Positions 39,433 to 49,125 of a stretch of DNA of 64,000 nucleotides are shown piece after piece. The notes under the pieces were generated by a model. The model searched no databases and had not been told where the DNA came from. It worked only from the letters and a program-made list of their open reading frames with translations. Location of the stretch: assembly GCA_964398885.1 (NCBI GenBank), contig CAYNOU010000005.1, forward strand, positions 301 to 64,300, read 5' to 3'. Numbering within the stretch: the first letter of the stretch is position 1; each line of letters opens with the position of its first letter. This DNA is from an uncultured Candidatus Cloacimonadota bacterium (GTDB taxonomy: Bacteria > Cloacimonadota > Cloacimonadia > JGIOTU-2). The position numbers and the translations under genes were made by a program.

Positions 39433-41841
39433 ATGAAAATAAGCTATAATTGGTTGAAAGAATTTATCCCAATAAAGCTTTCTGTCAAAGAGTTTTGTCA
39501 GAGACTTACAATGTTTGGAATTGAGGTTGAGGGAATTACTCATCTTGGTGATGAATATGAAAATATCGTTGTTGGTAAAATTTTGTCTGTAAACTCACAT
39601 CCGAATTCAAATAAATTATCAGTCTGCATCGTAGATGTGGCAGGAGACAAGCCAATATCTGTTATTTGTGGAGCACCAAATGTCAAAGAAGGTCAATATG
39701 TTCCTGTTGCAAAAGTTGGTTCTATTGTTGGGGATTCTCAGATTAAAAAAGTTAAAATTCGTGGGATAGAATCTCTTGGGATGATCTGTTCGGAAAGGGA
39801 ATTAGGTATTTCCAATGACCATTCTGGAATTATGGTTTTAAGGAATGATTGGAATATAGGAACCCCTTTTGCAGAAGTTTTACAAATTGATGACTATATC
39901 ATAGATGTAGAAATTACACCAAACAGGCCCGATCTTTTAGGAATGCTGGGGATTGCTCGCGAAGTTGCAGTTATGCTGAATAAAAAGTATACTCTACCTA
40001 AAATAGAATTTGAGCCTGATATGTCCGGAAAACAACCAACTTCAGAACTTATATCAGTAGAAATTAATGCTCCAGAACTTTGTCCTCGTTATTGCTGTAG
40101 GGTTATTAGAGATATTACTGTTAAACCTTCACCAAAATGGATGCAAAAAAGGCTTAAAGCCATTGGGTTGCATCCCATAAACAATATCGTAGATGTAACA
40201 AATTATGTCTTAATGGAATATGGTCATCCGCTACATGCTTTTGATTATGAGAACATTTCTGGAAACAAAATTATAGTTCGTAGAGCAAAGGATGGCGAGA
40301 AAATAAAACTTCTTGATGAGGATGTTTATACCTTGTCCTCTCAAAACCTTGCCATTGCTGATATTGAAAAGCCGATTGCTCTGGCAGGTATTATGGGAGG
40401 AATTAATAGCAGCATTCTCCCTGAAACAAAGGATGTTGTTTTAGAATGTGCATGTTTTAATCCAAGAAATATCCGTGCAACATCTCTTTATCTAAATCTT
40501 GAATCTGAATCTTCATACAGGTTTGAAAGAGGGATGGACCCAAACAGATTAGAAGAAGTAATTGACCGTGCGGCACAGCTAATTCAGATAACTGCCGGTG
40601 GAGAAATATGTAAAGGTATTGTAGATATCTATCCTGATAAGGTTTTGCCTAAAAAAATCTTTTTGCGAACTAACAGGGTAAATAACATTTTAGATACACA
40701 ACTACAGCCTGAGACCATAAAATCATACTTGCAAAAATTAGAATTTTTGGTTTATGAAAAAGGCAAAGATTTTGAAGTAACTATTCCTACATTCCGCTTG
40801 GATTTGGAACGGGAGATAGATCTTATAGAAGAGATCGCACGATGTTATGGTTATAAAAATATTCGTTCTCAATTTACATTACCGCGAATAGAAAATATTC
40901 TTAAAAGAAAGACGATACGAAAGATACGAAATCATCTTATTAATTTAGGATTTTATGAAGTTTGCAATCTCAGTTTTGCAAATTTAAATGTGCTTGATGA
41001 ACTTAATCTGTCACAAAATGATTATAGAAGAAATACAATTGAATTATCAAATCCTTTAGGTGAGCAATTTTCCATTTTAAGGACTACCTTAATCCCTGAC
41101 CTTCTTAACAATGTAGCATTAAATTTATCATATAAATTTGATAATTTTAAACTGTTTGAACTAAATAAAGTTTATCTTAAAGATAGCAATAATACATCTC
41201 TTGAGCCTATTTCGCTAACTGGTGTAACAGTTGGAGACTTTGTACCAAAATATTGGAATTCTAAATCTCACTTGTCCTCATTCTTTGATGTAAAAGGTAT
41301 TGTAGAATCAGTTTTTAAAGTTCTTCATTGCACACATTATATGAGTTTCAAAAAGTCCGATGAGCCTTTTTATTTATCTAGTGAAAGTGCTGATGTATTT
41401 ATTGGTGATACAAAGATTGGTTCATTAGGAACCTTGCAAGAGGATATTTTATCTAAATTTGGGATTAAAGTTCATACAATACTGTTTGATATTAATGTTT
41501 CAATCTTGCTTAATTATATTAAACAAGAGGAAATATATTATAAGAAAGTGATAAAATTTCCTTCTGTGCTTCGTGACATCGCAATTATGGTTCCAAAGGA
41601 AGTCTCTGTTGCAGAAATTGAAAGAACTATTAAATCAATTAATTCGGAAATAATAAAAAATGTTAGATTATTTGATGTATATCAAGGTGAGCAAATTAAA
41701 GAAGAATATCGCAGTATGGCTTTTAGTATCACTTTTCAATCAGATAAATCAACATTAACGGATGAATATGTTAATAAATTATTTGACAATATTGTTGAAA
41801 AATTATTAAATGAACACAAAATTACATTGAGGCAAAAATAA
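39433..41841 (+). CDS. pheT: Phenylalanine--tRNA ligase beta subunit
   Basis: Canonical start MKISYNWLKEF (the track ORF starts 36 nt earlier); tRNA-binding, B3/B4, B5 and FDX-ACB regions. Confidence 0.85.
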   Translation: MKISYNWLKEFIPIKLSVKEFCQRLTMFGIEVEGITHLGDEYENIVVGKILSVNSHPNSNKLSVCIVDVAGDKPISVICGAPNVKEGQYVPVAKVGSIVGDSQIKKVKIRGIESLGMICSERELGISNDHSGIMVLRNDWNIGTPFAEVLQIDDYIIDVEITPNRPDLLGMLGIAREVAVMLNKKYTLPKIEFEPDMSGKQPTSELISVEINAPELCPRYCCRVIRDITVKPSPKWMQKRLKAIGLHPINNIVDVTNYVLMEYGHPLHAFDYENISGNKIIVRRAKDGEKIKLLDEDVYTLSSQNLAIADIEKPIALAGIMGGINSSILPETKDVVLECACFNPRNIRATSLYLNLESESSYRFERGMDPNRLEEVIDRAAQLIQITAGGEICKGIVDIYPDKVLPKKIFLRTNRVNNILDTQLQPETIKSYLQKLEFLVYEKGKDFEVTIPTFRLDLEREIDLIEEIARCYGYKNIRSQFTLPRIENILKRKTIRKIRNHLINLGFYEVCNLSFANLNVLDELNLSQNDYRRNTIELSNPLGEQFSILRTTLIPDLLNNVALNLSYKFDNFKLFELNKVYLKDSNNTSLEPISLTGVTVGDFVPKYWNSKSHLSSFFDVKGIVESVFKVLHCTHYMSFKKSDEPFYLSSESADVFIGDTKIGSLGTLQEDILSKFGIKVHTILFDINVSILLNYIKQEEIYYKKVIKFPSVLRDIAIMVPKEVSVAEIERTIKSINSEIIKNVRLFDVYQGEQIKEEYRSMAFSITFQSDKSTLTDEYVNKLFDNIVEKLLNEHKITLRQK

Positions 41842-42185
41842 TGAATGTTGATTTGCTTGGTAAAATTGAAAAAAAGATCGAAAATCTAATTTCAGAATAT
41901 AAAACTTTAAAAGATAAATATAATAGTGCGTTAAAAGAAAAAGAAGAATTAAATAATAAATATAAAGACCTGTTCCTTAATAAGGATAGAGCAGAAAATC
42001 GCATAGCAGAACTTGAAAAGGACTTGCAATATTATAAAGAGCAGGCATCTGAGCTAAGTAATAAATTAGCACAAAAAGAAGATAAGTTAAAAAGTTATAC
42101 CGAACAGGCATACACTATTGACAGTAGAGTTGATGCCTTACTTACCGCAATTGATGATGTGCTTGAAGAAAAAGAGTCTGAATAA
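41841..42185 (+). CDS. zapB: Coiled-coil cell-division protein, ZapB-like
   Basis: 114-aa all-coiled-coil protein immediately upstream of zapA. Confidence 0.35.
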   Translation: MNVDLLGKIEKKIENLISEYKTLKDKYNSALKEKEELNNKYKDLFLNKDRAENRIAELEKDLQYYKEQASELSNKLAQKEDKLKSYTEQAYTIDSRVDALLTAIDDVLEEKESE

Positions 42186-42207
42186 AATAAACTAATTATA
42201 AAAATAT

Positions 42208-42477
42208 ATGAATAGTATTTTTGTAAATATTTTTGGTGATGAATACTCAATAGCTGGTGATGTGGACCCAACTGATATTAAAAAATATGCAGAATATCTT
42301 GATGAAAAATTAACTGAGTTATCTGTTGACACTAACATTGAATCTAAGTATAAATTATCAATATTATGTGGTTTAAATATAATTGAGGAGATGTTTACCC
42401 AAAAGGAACAATTATTTGAAGTTGAAAAGTATTTAAAAAAGATATCCAATCTTTTAGATTCTTTTTCTGCGGAATAA
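42208..42477 (+). CDS. zapA: Cell division protein ZapA
   Basis: 89 aa; VNIFGDEYSIAGDVDPTDIKKYAEYLDEKL...LSILCGLNIIEE matches the ZapA pattern. Confidence 0.6.
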   Translation: MNSIFVNIFGDEYSIAGDVDPTDIKKYAEYLDEKLTELSVDTNIESKYKLSILCGLNIIEEMFTQKEQLFEVEKYLKKISNLLDSFSAE

Positions 42478-42754
42478 ATTTTTATAAATCTGCTTGTCAC
42501 AAAATAGCTTATATTTGTAAGAGAATAAGTATTTAAGTCATTTTGTTCTTTTCTTGAAAAAGGCCTATCCTGTTTGTGATAACAATGTTGTTTTGTGCTA
42601 AACTTGAACTATAGGGTGTTCGATTAGGTATGGCGTGAATGCCTTCATTGCAGTTGGACTCATAAAATATCTATAAGGATTCCCATTATTGAGATACAGT
42701 TCAAACAAATTGTTACACGGCAAGGACAGGTCTTTTTTATTGAAAGGATGAAAA

Positions 42755-44308
42755 ATGATACAATATCTCATTCTGGCAATTGCAGTTTTAGTGGGACTAT
42801 TTTTAGGATGGATTTCCTTCCGTATTTTAACAATCAAGAAGATTAACAATGCAAAAGAGATTTCAAAAAGAATTAAAGAAGAAGCACTCTCTGAAGCGAA
42901 AGTTATAAAAAAGGAAGCGGAATTAGAAGCAAAAGAACAATGGTATGCCAGAAGTTCAAATTTAGAAAAAGAGATTGAAAATAGAAAAAAGGAATTGCAC
43001 AAACTTGAAAACAGATATAATCAAAAAATTAGCGGGATTGAAGAACGTTTGTCAAGACTTGATAGAAGAGAACAATCTGTTTCTGATAGAGAAAAACATG
43101 TTAATCAAAAACAAGTTCAACTAAAAGAGCAGGAGCAAAAGCTGCAGAAGTTAATAGATGACCAAACAGAAAAATTAATGGCGATTGCTCAGATGAATAA
43201 GCAGAAAGCTATTGAAAAATTGCTTGAGCGATTTGAAAATGAAGCGAAAAGTGATGCTGCAAAAGTTCGGAAAGAAATAATTGATAAAGCCAAGTCTGAA
43301 GCAGAGAAGGAATCACTCAAAGTTTTAGCTTCTGCTATTCAGAGAACCGCGGTTGATTATATTGCAGAGTCTTGCGTCTCGGTTGTTCCGTTACCATCAG
43401 AAGAGATGAAAGGTAGAATTATTGGTAGAGAGGGTAGAAATATTCGGGCTTTTGAAAATAGAACAGGAATTGAGTTAATAGTAGATGATACTCCTGAGGC
43501 AGTGATTCTATCCAGTTTTGAACCTATACGCAGGGAAATTGCTCGTAGGTCTTTGCAAAAATTAATATCTGACGGAAGAATCCATCCAGGTAGAATAGAG
43601 GATACAGTTAAAAAAACTGAAGAAGAAATAAACCAGGCAATTATTGAAACAGGCAAGCAAATTTGTATTGATCTTGGTATTAATGACCTTCCAAAACCTT
43701 TGGAAAATTTAGTTGGAAAATTACAATTCCGCACAAGCTATGGACAGAATGTTCTTAAGCATAGCATTGAGACAGCCTGGATATGTGGTATGATTACAGC
43801 TGAAATTGGTTTAGACCAAACTCTAGCAAAAAAGATAGGTTTGTTACATGATATTGGGAAAGCTGTTGACCATGAGGTTAATGGAGCGCATCCTCAAATT
43901 GGTGCTAATTTGGCAAAAAAATATGGTCTATCCCAAACTATAGTTAATGCTATTGAAGCACACCATGAAGATGTAGAAGCAGAAACCCTTTATGCCGTTC
44001 TCGTGCAAATCGCTGATGCTATTTCCGGCTCCCGTCCAGGGGCAAGACGGGAAACGCTGGAATCATATTTGAAAAGATTAGAGAATTTAGAGAATATTGC
44101 CTCATCATTTGATGGAGTTCAAAAATGCTTTGCTATACAAGCCGGTAGAGAGGTCAGAATAATGGTGGAACACAATTATATTGACGATGCTCAAGCTGAA
44201 ATGTTGGCTTCAGATGTGGCTAAAAAAATTGAAAATGAACTTCAATATCCTGGACAAATTAAGGTTACTGTCATAAGAGAAGTTAGAAAAACAGCATTGG
44301 CAAAGTAG
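42755..44308 (+). CDS. rny: Ribonuclease Y
   Basis: N-terminal TM helix, coiled coil, KH domain [17 protein letters not shown] domain HSIE...HDIGK. Confidence 0.9.
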   Translation: MIQYLILAIAVLVGLFLGWISFRILTIKKINNAKEISKRIKEEALSEAKVIKKEAELEAKEQWYARSSNLEKEIENRKKELHKLENRYNQKISGIEERLSRLDRREQSVSDREKHVNQKQVQLKEQEQKLQKLIDDQTEKLMAIAQMNKQKAIEKLLERFENEAKSDAAKVRKEIIDKAKSEAEKESLKVLASAIQRTAVDYIAESCVSVVPLPSEEMKGRIIGREGRNIRAFENRTGIELIVDDTPEAVILSSFEPIRREIARRSLQKLISDGRIHPGRIEDTVKKTEEEINQAIIETGKQICIDLGINDLPKPLENLVGKLQFRTSYGQNVLKHSIETAWICGMITAEIGLDQTLAKKIGLLHDIGKAVDHEVNGAHPQIGANLAKKYGLSQTIVNAIEAHHEDVEAETLYAVLVQIADAISGSRPGARRETLESYLKRLENLENIASSFDGVQKCFAIQAGREVRIMVEHNYIDDAQAEMLASDVAKKIENELQYPGQIKVTVIREVRKTALAK

Positions 44309-44530
44309 TTGAAACAGTTGAATTAGTTGAATCGGTTGAACTGGTTTATTTTCCACTGATTTGGAAGATACCCATAGAGGAATATTTGTTTAATTTGGAA
44401 AATGTTTATCGTTCTTAAATATAATAAATAAGTATCAAAAATTTTAAAATATGTTTAAGAAATAACAGAAATATCCGAAAAACTATATTAAAATATTATT
44501 TATCCAATGTCAATAAATCAAATATAAAAA

Positions 44531-45319
44531 ATGATAAAAATTTTGTTCATTGCAGATATTTTTGGAAAACCCGGGAGGAAAGTTGTATTACAATTGCTTC
44601 CCTTGCTTAAATCCAGAGAAGATTTTGATTTAATAATTGCAAATGGTGAGAATCTCGCTGGCGGAAGAGGTATTACTCCAAAAACCGCCACACAGATGTT
44701 TGAGATTGGTATTGATATTTTTACAAGTGGTAATCATCTCTGGGATAAAAAAGAGATAATTAAATTTTTATTAGATGAAAAGAGAATCTTAAAGCCTGCT
44801 AATTATCCGCCTCAAGCACCTGGAAATGATTTTTTTATTTATGAATCCAGAAAGAAAATTAAAATTGCAATTATTAATTTAATAGGTAGAGCTTTTACTG
44901 TAACTGTGGATTGCCCATTCAGATGTGCAGATAGTTATATTAAAAAGTTGAAAGAAATTACAAATATTATTTTTATTGATTTTCATGCTGAAACAACCGC
45001 AGAAAAGATGGCTCTTGCCTGGTATCTTGATGGAAAAGTATCAGCAGTAATTGGGACTCATACGCATATCCAAACCGCTGATGAGCGAATTTTGCCCAAA
45101 GGAACTGCTTATATAACTGACGCAGGAATGACAGGTCCCCACGATTCTGTAATAGGAGTACGAACTCAAGATGCAATAAACCGATTTATAAAGCAAATTC
45201 CTGTCAGATTTAATCCTGCAAAAGAAAATCTAAAATTAAATGGTGTTATTGTCTCAATTGACGAGCAAACAGGGAGAGCAACAGATATTCAAAGATTGTC
45301 AATCCCATTAGAAGAGTGA
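44531..45319 (+). CDS. ymdB: YmdB-like metallophosphoesterase (TIGR00282 family)
   Basis: KILFIADIFGKPGR...ANGENLAGGRGIT; conserved rny-ymdB synteny. Confidence 0.8.
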   Translation: MIKILFIADIFGKPGRKVVLQLLPLLKSREDFDLIIANGENLAGGRGITPKTATQMFEIGIDIFTSGNHLWDKKEIIKFLLDEKRILKPANYPPQAPGNDFFIYESRKKIKIAIINLIGRAFTVTVDCPFRCADSYIKKLKEITNIIFIDFHAETTAEKMALAWYLDGKVSAVIGTHTHIQTADERILPKGTAYITDAGMTGPHDSVIGVRTQDAINRFIKQIPVRFNPAKENLKLNGVIVSIDEQTGRATDIQRLSIPLEE

Positions 45320-45351
45320 GGAAATTCAGTATTCCGAATTTTAGTTTAAAT

Positions 45352-46251
45352 ATGGAAAAAATTTTAAAAGGAAAAGTTGTAGCAGAGAAACTTCTTAAAA
45401 ATTTGAGAGAAGAGATTGCAAATTTAAAGTATAAGGGAGTTGTTCCGTTATTAGCGATTTTTACGGTCGGAGACAATCCAGCATCAGATTACTATTCTAA
45501 AAATATTATAAAGGTTGGGAACAAGATTGGAATTAACACAAGAATGATTTCTTTTGAACAAGATGTTCAAGAGGATGAACTCATCAAACAAATTGAAGTA
45601 ACTAATGTAGATAAAAGTGTTAGTGGGATTTTATTACAAATGCCTTTACCTCCTCATTTAAGGACTGATAAAATTATTATGTCAATTAATCCTCAGAAAG
45701 ATGTTGATGGCTTACATCCTCTCAATGCTGGCAAATTATTACTTGGAAAGGATTGTTTTATGCCCTGCACACCAGCTGCTATTTTGGAACTAATTAAGTT
45801 TTATAATATTAAAACCGATGGAGAAAAAGTAGTAGTTTTAGGTAGAAGCAACACAGTTGGAAAGCCATTAGCAAATTTGCTTTTAAGGAAGTGTGAATAT
45901 GCTAATTCAACTGTTACTATCTGCCATTCTCATACTAAGAATTTGACTGAGATAACAAGAGCAGCAGATATTTTGATTGCTGCAATTGGAAAGCCTTATT
46001 TTGTTACTGAAAAGATGGTTAAAAAAGACTCAGTTATTATTGATGTAGGAATTAATAGAATTTTTGACAAGGAATCAGAACAGTATAAATTCGTGGGAGA
46101 TGTTGATTATGAAAGTGTATTTGAAAAAGTAAATGCGATAACCCCTGTACCTGGGGGGGTTGGCTCTATTACAACTGCTACTCTTTTATCTAATGTTGTA
46201 AAAGCTGCTCTATATGGAGTAGCCGAGAAAAGTTACTACGGTATTAATTAG
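45352..46251 (+). CDS. folD: Bifunctional methylenetetrahydrofolate dehydrogenase/cyclohydrolase
   Basis: Start at MEKILKGKVVAEKL; motifs GDNPASDYY, LLQMPLP, PVPGGVGSITTA. Confidence 0.85.
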   Translation: MEKILKGKVVAEKLLKNLREEIANLKYKGVVPLLAIFTVGDNPASDYYSKNIIKVGNKIGINTRMISFEQDVQEDELIKQIEVTNVDKSVSGILLQMPLPPHLRTDKIIMSINPQKDVDGLHPLNAGKLLLGKDCFMPCTPAAILELIKFYNIKTDGEKVVVLGRSNTVGKPLANLLLRKCEYANSTVTICHSHTKNLTEITRAADILIAAIGKPYFVTEKMVKKDSVIIDVGINRIFDKESEQYKFVGDVDYESVFEKVNAITPVPGGVGSITTATLLSNVVKAALYGVAEKSYYGIN

Positions 46252-46367
46252 GCACATAAATTTTTTTACTGAAATATTCAAAAAATCAAAAAAATTAAAA
46301 AAAATAATTTTTTTATTGACTTATTAAAATTGTAAATAAAAATATTGTTCAATTATGGGAGGTATAA

Positions 46368-48863
46368 ATGTTAAAGAATAAATATGTTGTGATTCTAAGT
46401 ATTTTCATTATCGCAAGTTTAATTACAATTATTAGTTGTGGAAGAAAAGGCACATTAAATCCGAATACAGCACCATATATTGAAATTACTGAATACAGCG
46501 GTATTGCAAAAACCGATACTACTTGGTCAGACTCTACAATGTTTGAGGAAATCGGAAGCTTAATTGACCCTGCGATATATAATTCGCTTTTTTACCAATT
46601 TATTCGCTGGAATGCCTGGGATGTAGATGGCAATGTTGTAAGTTATGCATATCGTGTTGGTACTTGGGATTCTCTATCAAATAACTGGGTTTATGACAGA
46701 GCTTATGGTATTGAAACTGACCCTGAAACTGGATGGGTTTTACATTTGCAACCAGATAATACTATGGATATTTGGACAGCACCAAACAAACGATATCCAA
46801 TAGCATCTGTTTTTTTCCCATCTACTGATACAACAGATTTCAGAAAGAACTTTGGAAAATTTGAAGTTAAGTGTAAAGATAACGGTGGTGAGGTTTCTAA
46901 AACTGCTGTAAAATATTTTGTTACCTGGTCAGATGTTCCGGAAACCAGTGTAGGAACTTCACAAGGCGTAATTGACTCCTTCCGTGTTGGTACAGCAATT
47001 CTGTTCAACTTTACCCCACTTGGAGATGATGACCCATACGGAGATGACCCTGCATACTTTAAATATCGTCTTGTATATTACGAAAAAACAAGTGAAGATT
47101 CTATGATTTTTGAATGGAATGATGCGGTTGTCTTAGATAGCACAATTTGGTATTCAACTAAAGATTTTCCAGATGACCCTGGTGAAAAGGATAATAAATC
47201 GCAAGTATTACTTATGAAAAATTATCCTGAAGATGACCCACATAAATCTTTGAAACCAACATTAAAAGTGAATGATTTGAATGAAGTAACACAAATACAG
47301 GCAAAAACAGTTGATAAAGCTGGAATTGAAGACCCTGATTATGCAAAAATGACTTTCTTTGTAAGAGGTCATTTTAAACCTGAAACCTGTCCTTTTATGA
47401 GTTCGTGGAAATCATGGTCATCATCATATTATAACATCATATTCGGCGATAGTCGCTTAAATATTACTCCACATATTTATGTTCTTGGCGAATATAGTTA
47501 TCTGCCCTATATGTCAACTACAGAAGAGATGATTCCAAGTAAATTTATCACAGCAGATGAACTACATTATGCAGATAGATTCTATATGGATAAGAATGAT
47601 AATATCTCTGCTATCTGGTCTGACGATATTGAAATAAATATGAAGTGGCATTATCTTGGCGAATATCAATATGTTGAAAGTAAGAAAACAACAAGTTTTG
47701 CAGGCAATACCTATAATTATGATGAAAATTTAGGTATATATGAACAATATTTCTGTGATATAGCTTATATGGATATTCAATTAGATGGTGGCACAGATGG
47801 TTTACCATCTATCTCTACTCATATAGTCAGTGATGAATCAGGTGATTGGATGAGAATCCCAATTTACGAAGACCAGAAATGTAAATTGTTTAACATCTTT
47901 TCCGGACAACATACTTTCAGGGTTAGAGCGGTTGATTATCAAGGTGCTGTTGATACAACCCCTGAATCACTTGAATTTCTACTTTATGAAATAAAAGGAA
48001 CAGATGATAAAAGTGGAGTCCTTCTTGTAGATGACACAAAAGGAACCATGATGTTTGCTGTTGAAGATTCTGTGGATACTTTTTATAACCATCTTTTGGA
48101 AGACTGCTCCAATGACAGTATCTTTGATTTACAAGAATCACCCTTTACAAATACAAAAATCCTTAATCAGGATATTAGAAATGATGAACCGAGTATTGCA
48201 CCATATTTTGCACTATCAGATATTCATCAATATAAACTTATTATTTGGCATGCTAATAATCCTAAAGAACTTTTTCCCTCTGGTTTGGGAGCTGTCCATT
48301 TAGTAAACCATTATGATATACTAAGATTTTATCTCAATAGTGGTGGTAATCTATTATTTACTGGCTGTGCAAAAGTTTGTGACCCTGATTATGCAAAGAC
48401 TAATTTCTTACAAGATTATGCAGGATTAGCAGATACTTTATCTGTTTTAAACACCGATGATATTGTTTGGGGTAATCCAAGTGTAAACAATTCTCCAATG
48501 GGTGGAGCAAGCGGTTCCGTTCCATTTGAAGGTATTGAGATTGACTCTCTTAATGTAGTTTATTCATTAGCAGGATATCCGTTCCCTCAGTATCTTGGTT
48601 CTACCCCACTTGGTGCTATCGGTAGTGTTACATTCCTGAATATTGTTAATGCTGAAGAAATTTTTACCTGTATTCCTGGACCGAATTTCCCTGATCCCGA
48701 ACCATACAGTGGTGCTCCAGTCGGTTCAAAATATATCAAAACACCCGGAGTAAGCGGTTCAGTATATATTCTTGGTTTCCCACTTTTCTACTTCCAGGTT
48801 GATCAAGTAAAATTGTTCCTGAATAAAGTATTTGATGAAGTAGGAATAACTTATAATCCATAA
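46368..48863 (+). CDS. Large lipoprotein of unknown function
   Basis: Lipobox ITIISCG; 831 aa; no recognised catalytic motif. Confidence 0.4.
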   Translation: MLKNKYVVILSIFIIASLITIISCGRKGTLNPNTAPYIEITEYSGIAKTDTTWSDSTMFEEIGSLIDPAIYNSLFYQFIRWNAWDVDGNVVSYAYRVGTWDSLSNNWVYDRAYGIETDPETGWVLHLQPDNTMDIWTAPNKRYPIASVFFPSTDTTDFRKNFGKFEVKCKDNGGEVSKTAVKYFVTWSDVPETSVGTSQGVIDSFRVGTAILFNFTPLGDDDPYGDDPAYFKYRLVYYEKTSEDSMIFEWNDAVVLDSTIWYSTKDFPDDPGEKDNKSQVLLMKNYPEDDPHKSLKPTLKVNDLNEVTQIQAKTVDKAGIEDPDYAKMTFFVRGHFKPETCPFMSSWKSWSSSYYNIIFGDSRLNITPHIYVLGEYSYLPYMSTTEEMIPSKFITADELHYADRFYMDKNDNISAIWSDDIEINMKWHYLGEYQYVESKKTTSFAGNTYNYDENLGIYEQYFCDIAYMDIQLDGGTDGLPSISTHIVSDESGDWMRIPIYEDQKCKLFNIFSGQHTFRVRAVDYQGAVDTTPESLEFLLYEIKGTDDKSGVLLVDDTKGTMMFAVEDSVDTFYNHLLEDCSNDSIFDLQESPFTNTKILNQDIRNDEPSIAPYFALSDIHQYKLIIWHANNPKELFPSGLGAVHLVNHYDILRFYLNSGGNLLFTGCAKVCDPDYAKTNFLQDYAGLADTLSVLNTDDIVWGNPSVNNSPMGGASGSVPFEGIEIDSLNVVYSLAGYPFPQYLGSTPLGAIGSVTFLNIVNAEEIFTCIPGPNFPDPEPYSGAPVGSKYIKTPGVSGSVYILGFPLFYFQVDQVKLFLNKVFDEVGITYNP

Positions 48864-48884
48864 TATAATCTAAATACAAATTTT

Positions 48885-48928
48885 AGGGCGAAATCTAGAA
48901 AATTTTAAGATTTCGCCTATTTTTTTTA
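48885..48928 (+). terminator. Rho-independent terminator
   Basis: GGCGAAATCT ... AGATTTCGCC followed by TATTTTTTTT. Confidence 0.6.
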
Positions 48929-49070
48929 CTGTATTGTTTTTTTCTTTCAAATGTAATTAGATATAATATTTTTGACTCCATTTTAAAATACCACTTCTTC
49001 CATTCTTTTGCGATATCTATACATCCTGGGAAATAGTCTAAAATAATAATGGCTAATTTATCTTGAACAT

Positions 49071-49110
49071 AAAAAAAGCCTGTCAGCTTACCAGCGGACA
49101 GGCTTTTAAA
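49071..49110 (-). terminator. Rho-independent terminator for the minus-strand gene 49126..51363 (palindromic, possibly bidirectional)
   Basis: AAAAAAAGCCTGTC...GACAGGCTTTTAAA; on the minus strand the stem is followed by TTTTTTT. Confidence 0.55.
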
Positions 49111-49125
49111 TTAAATTTAATTAAT

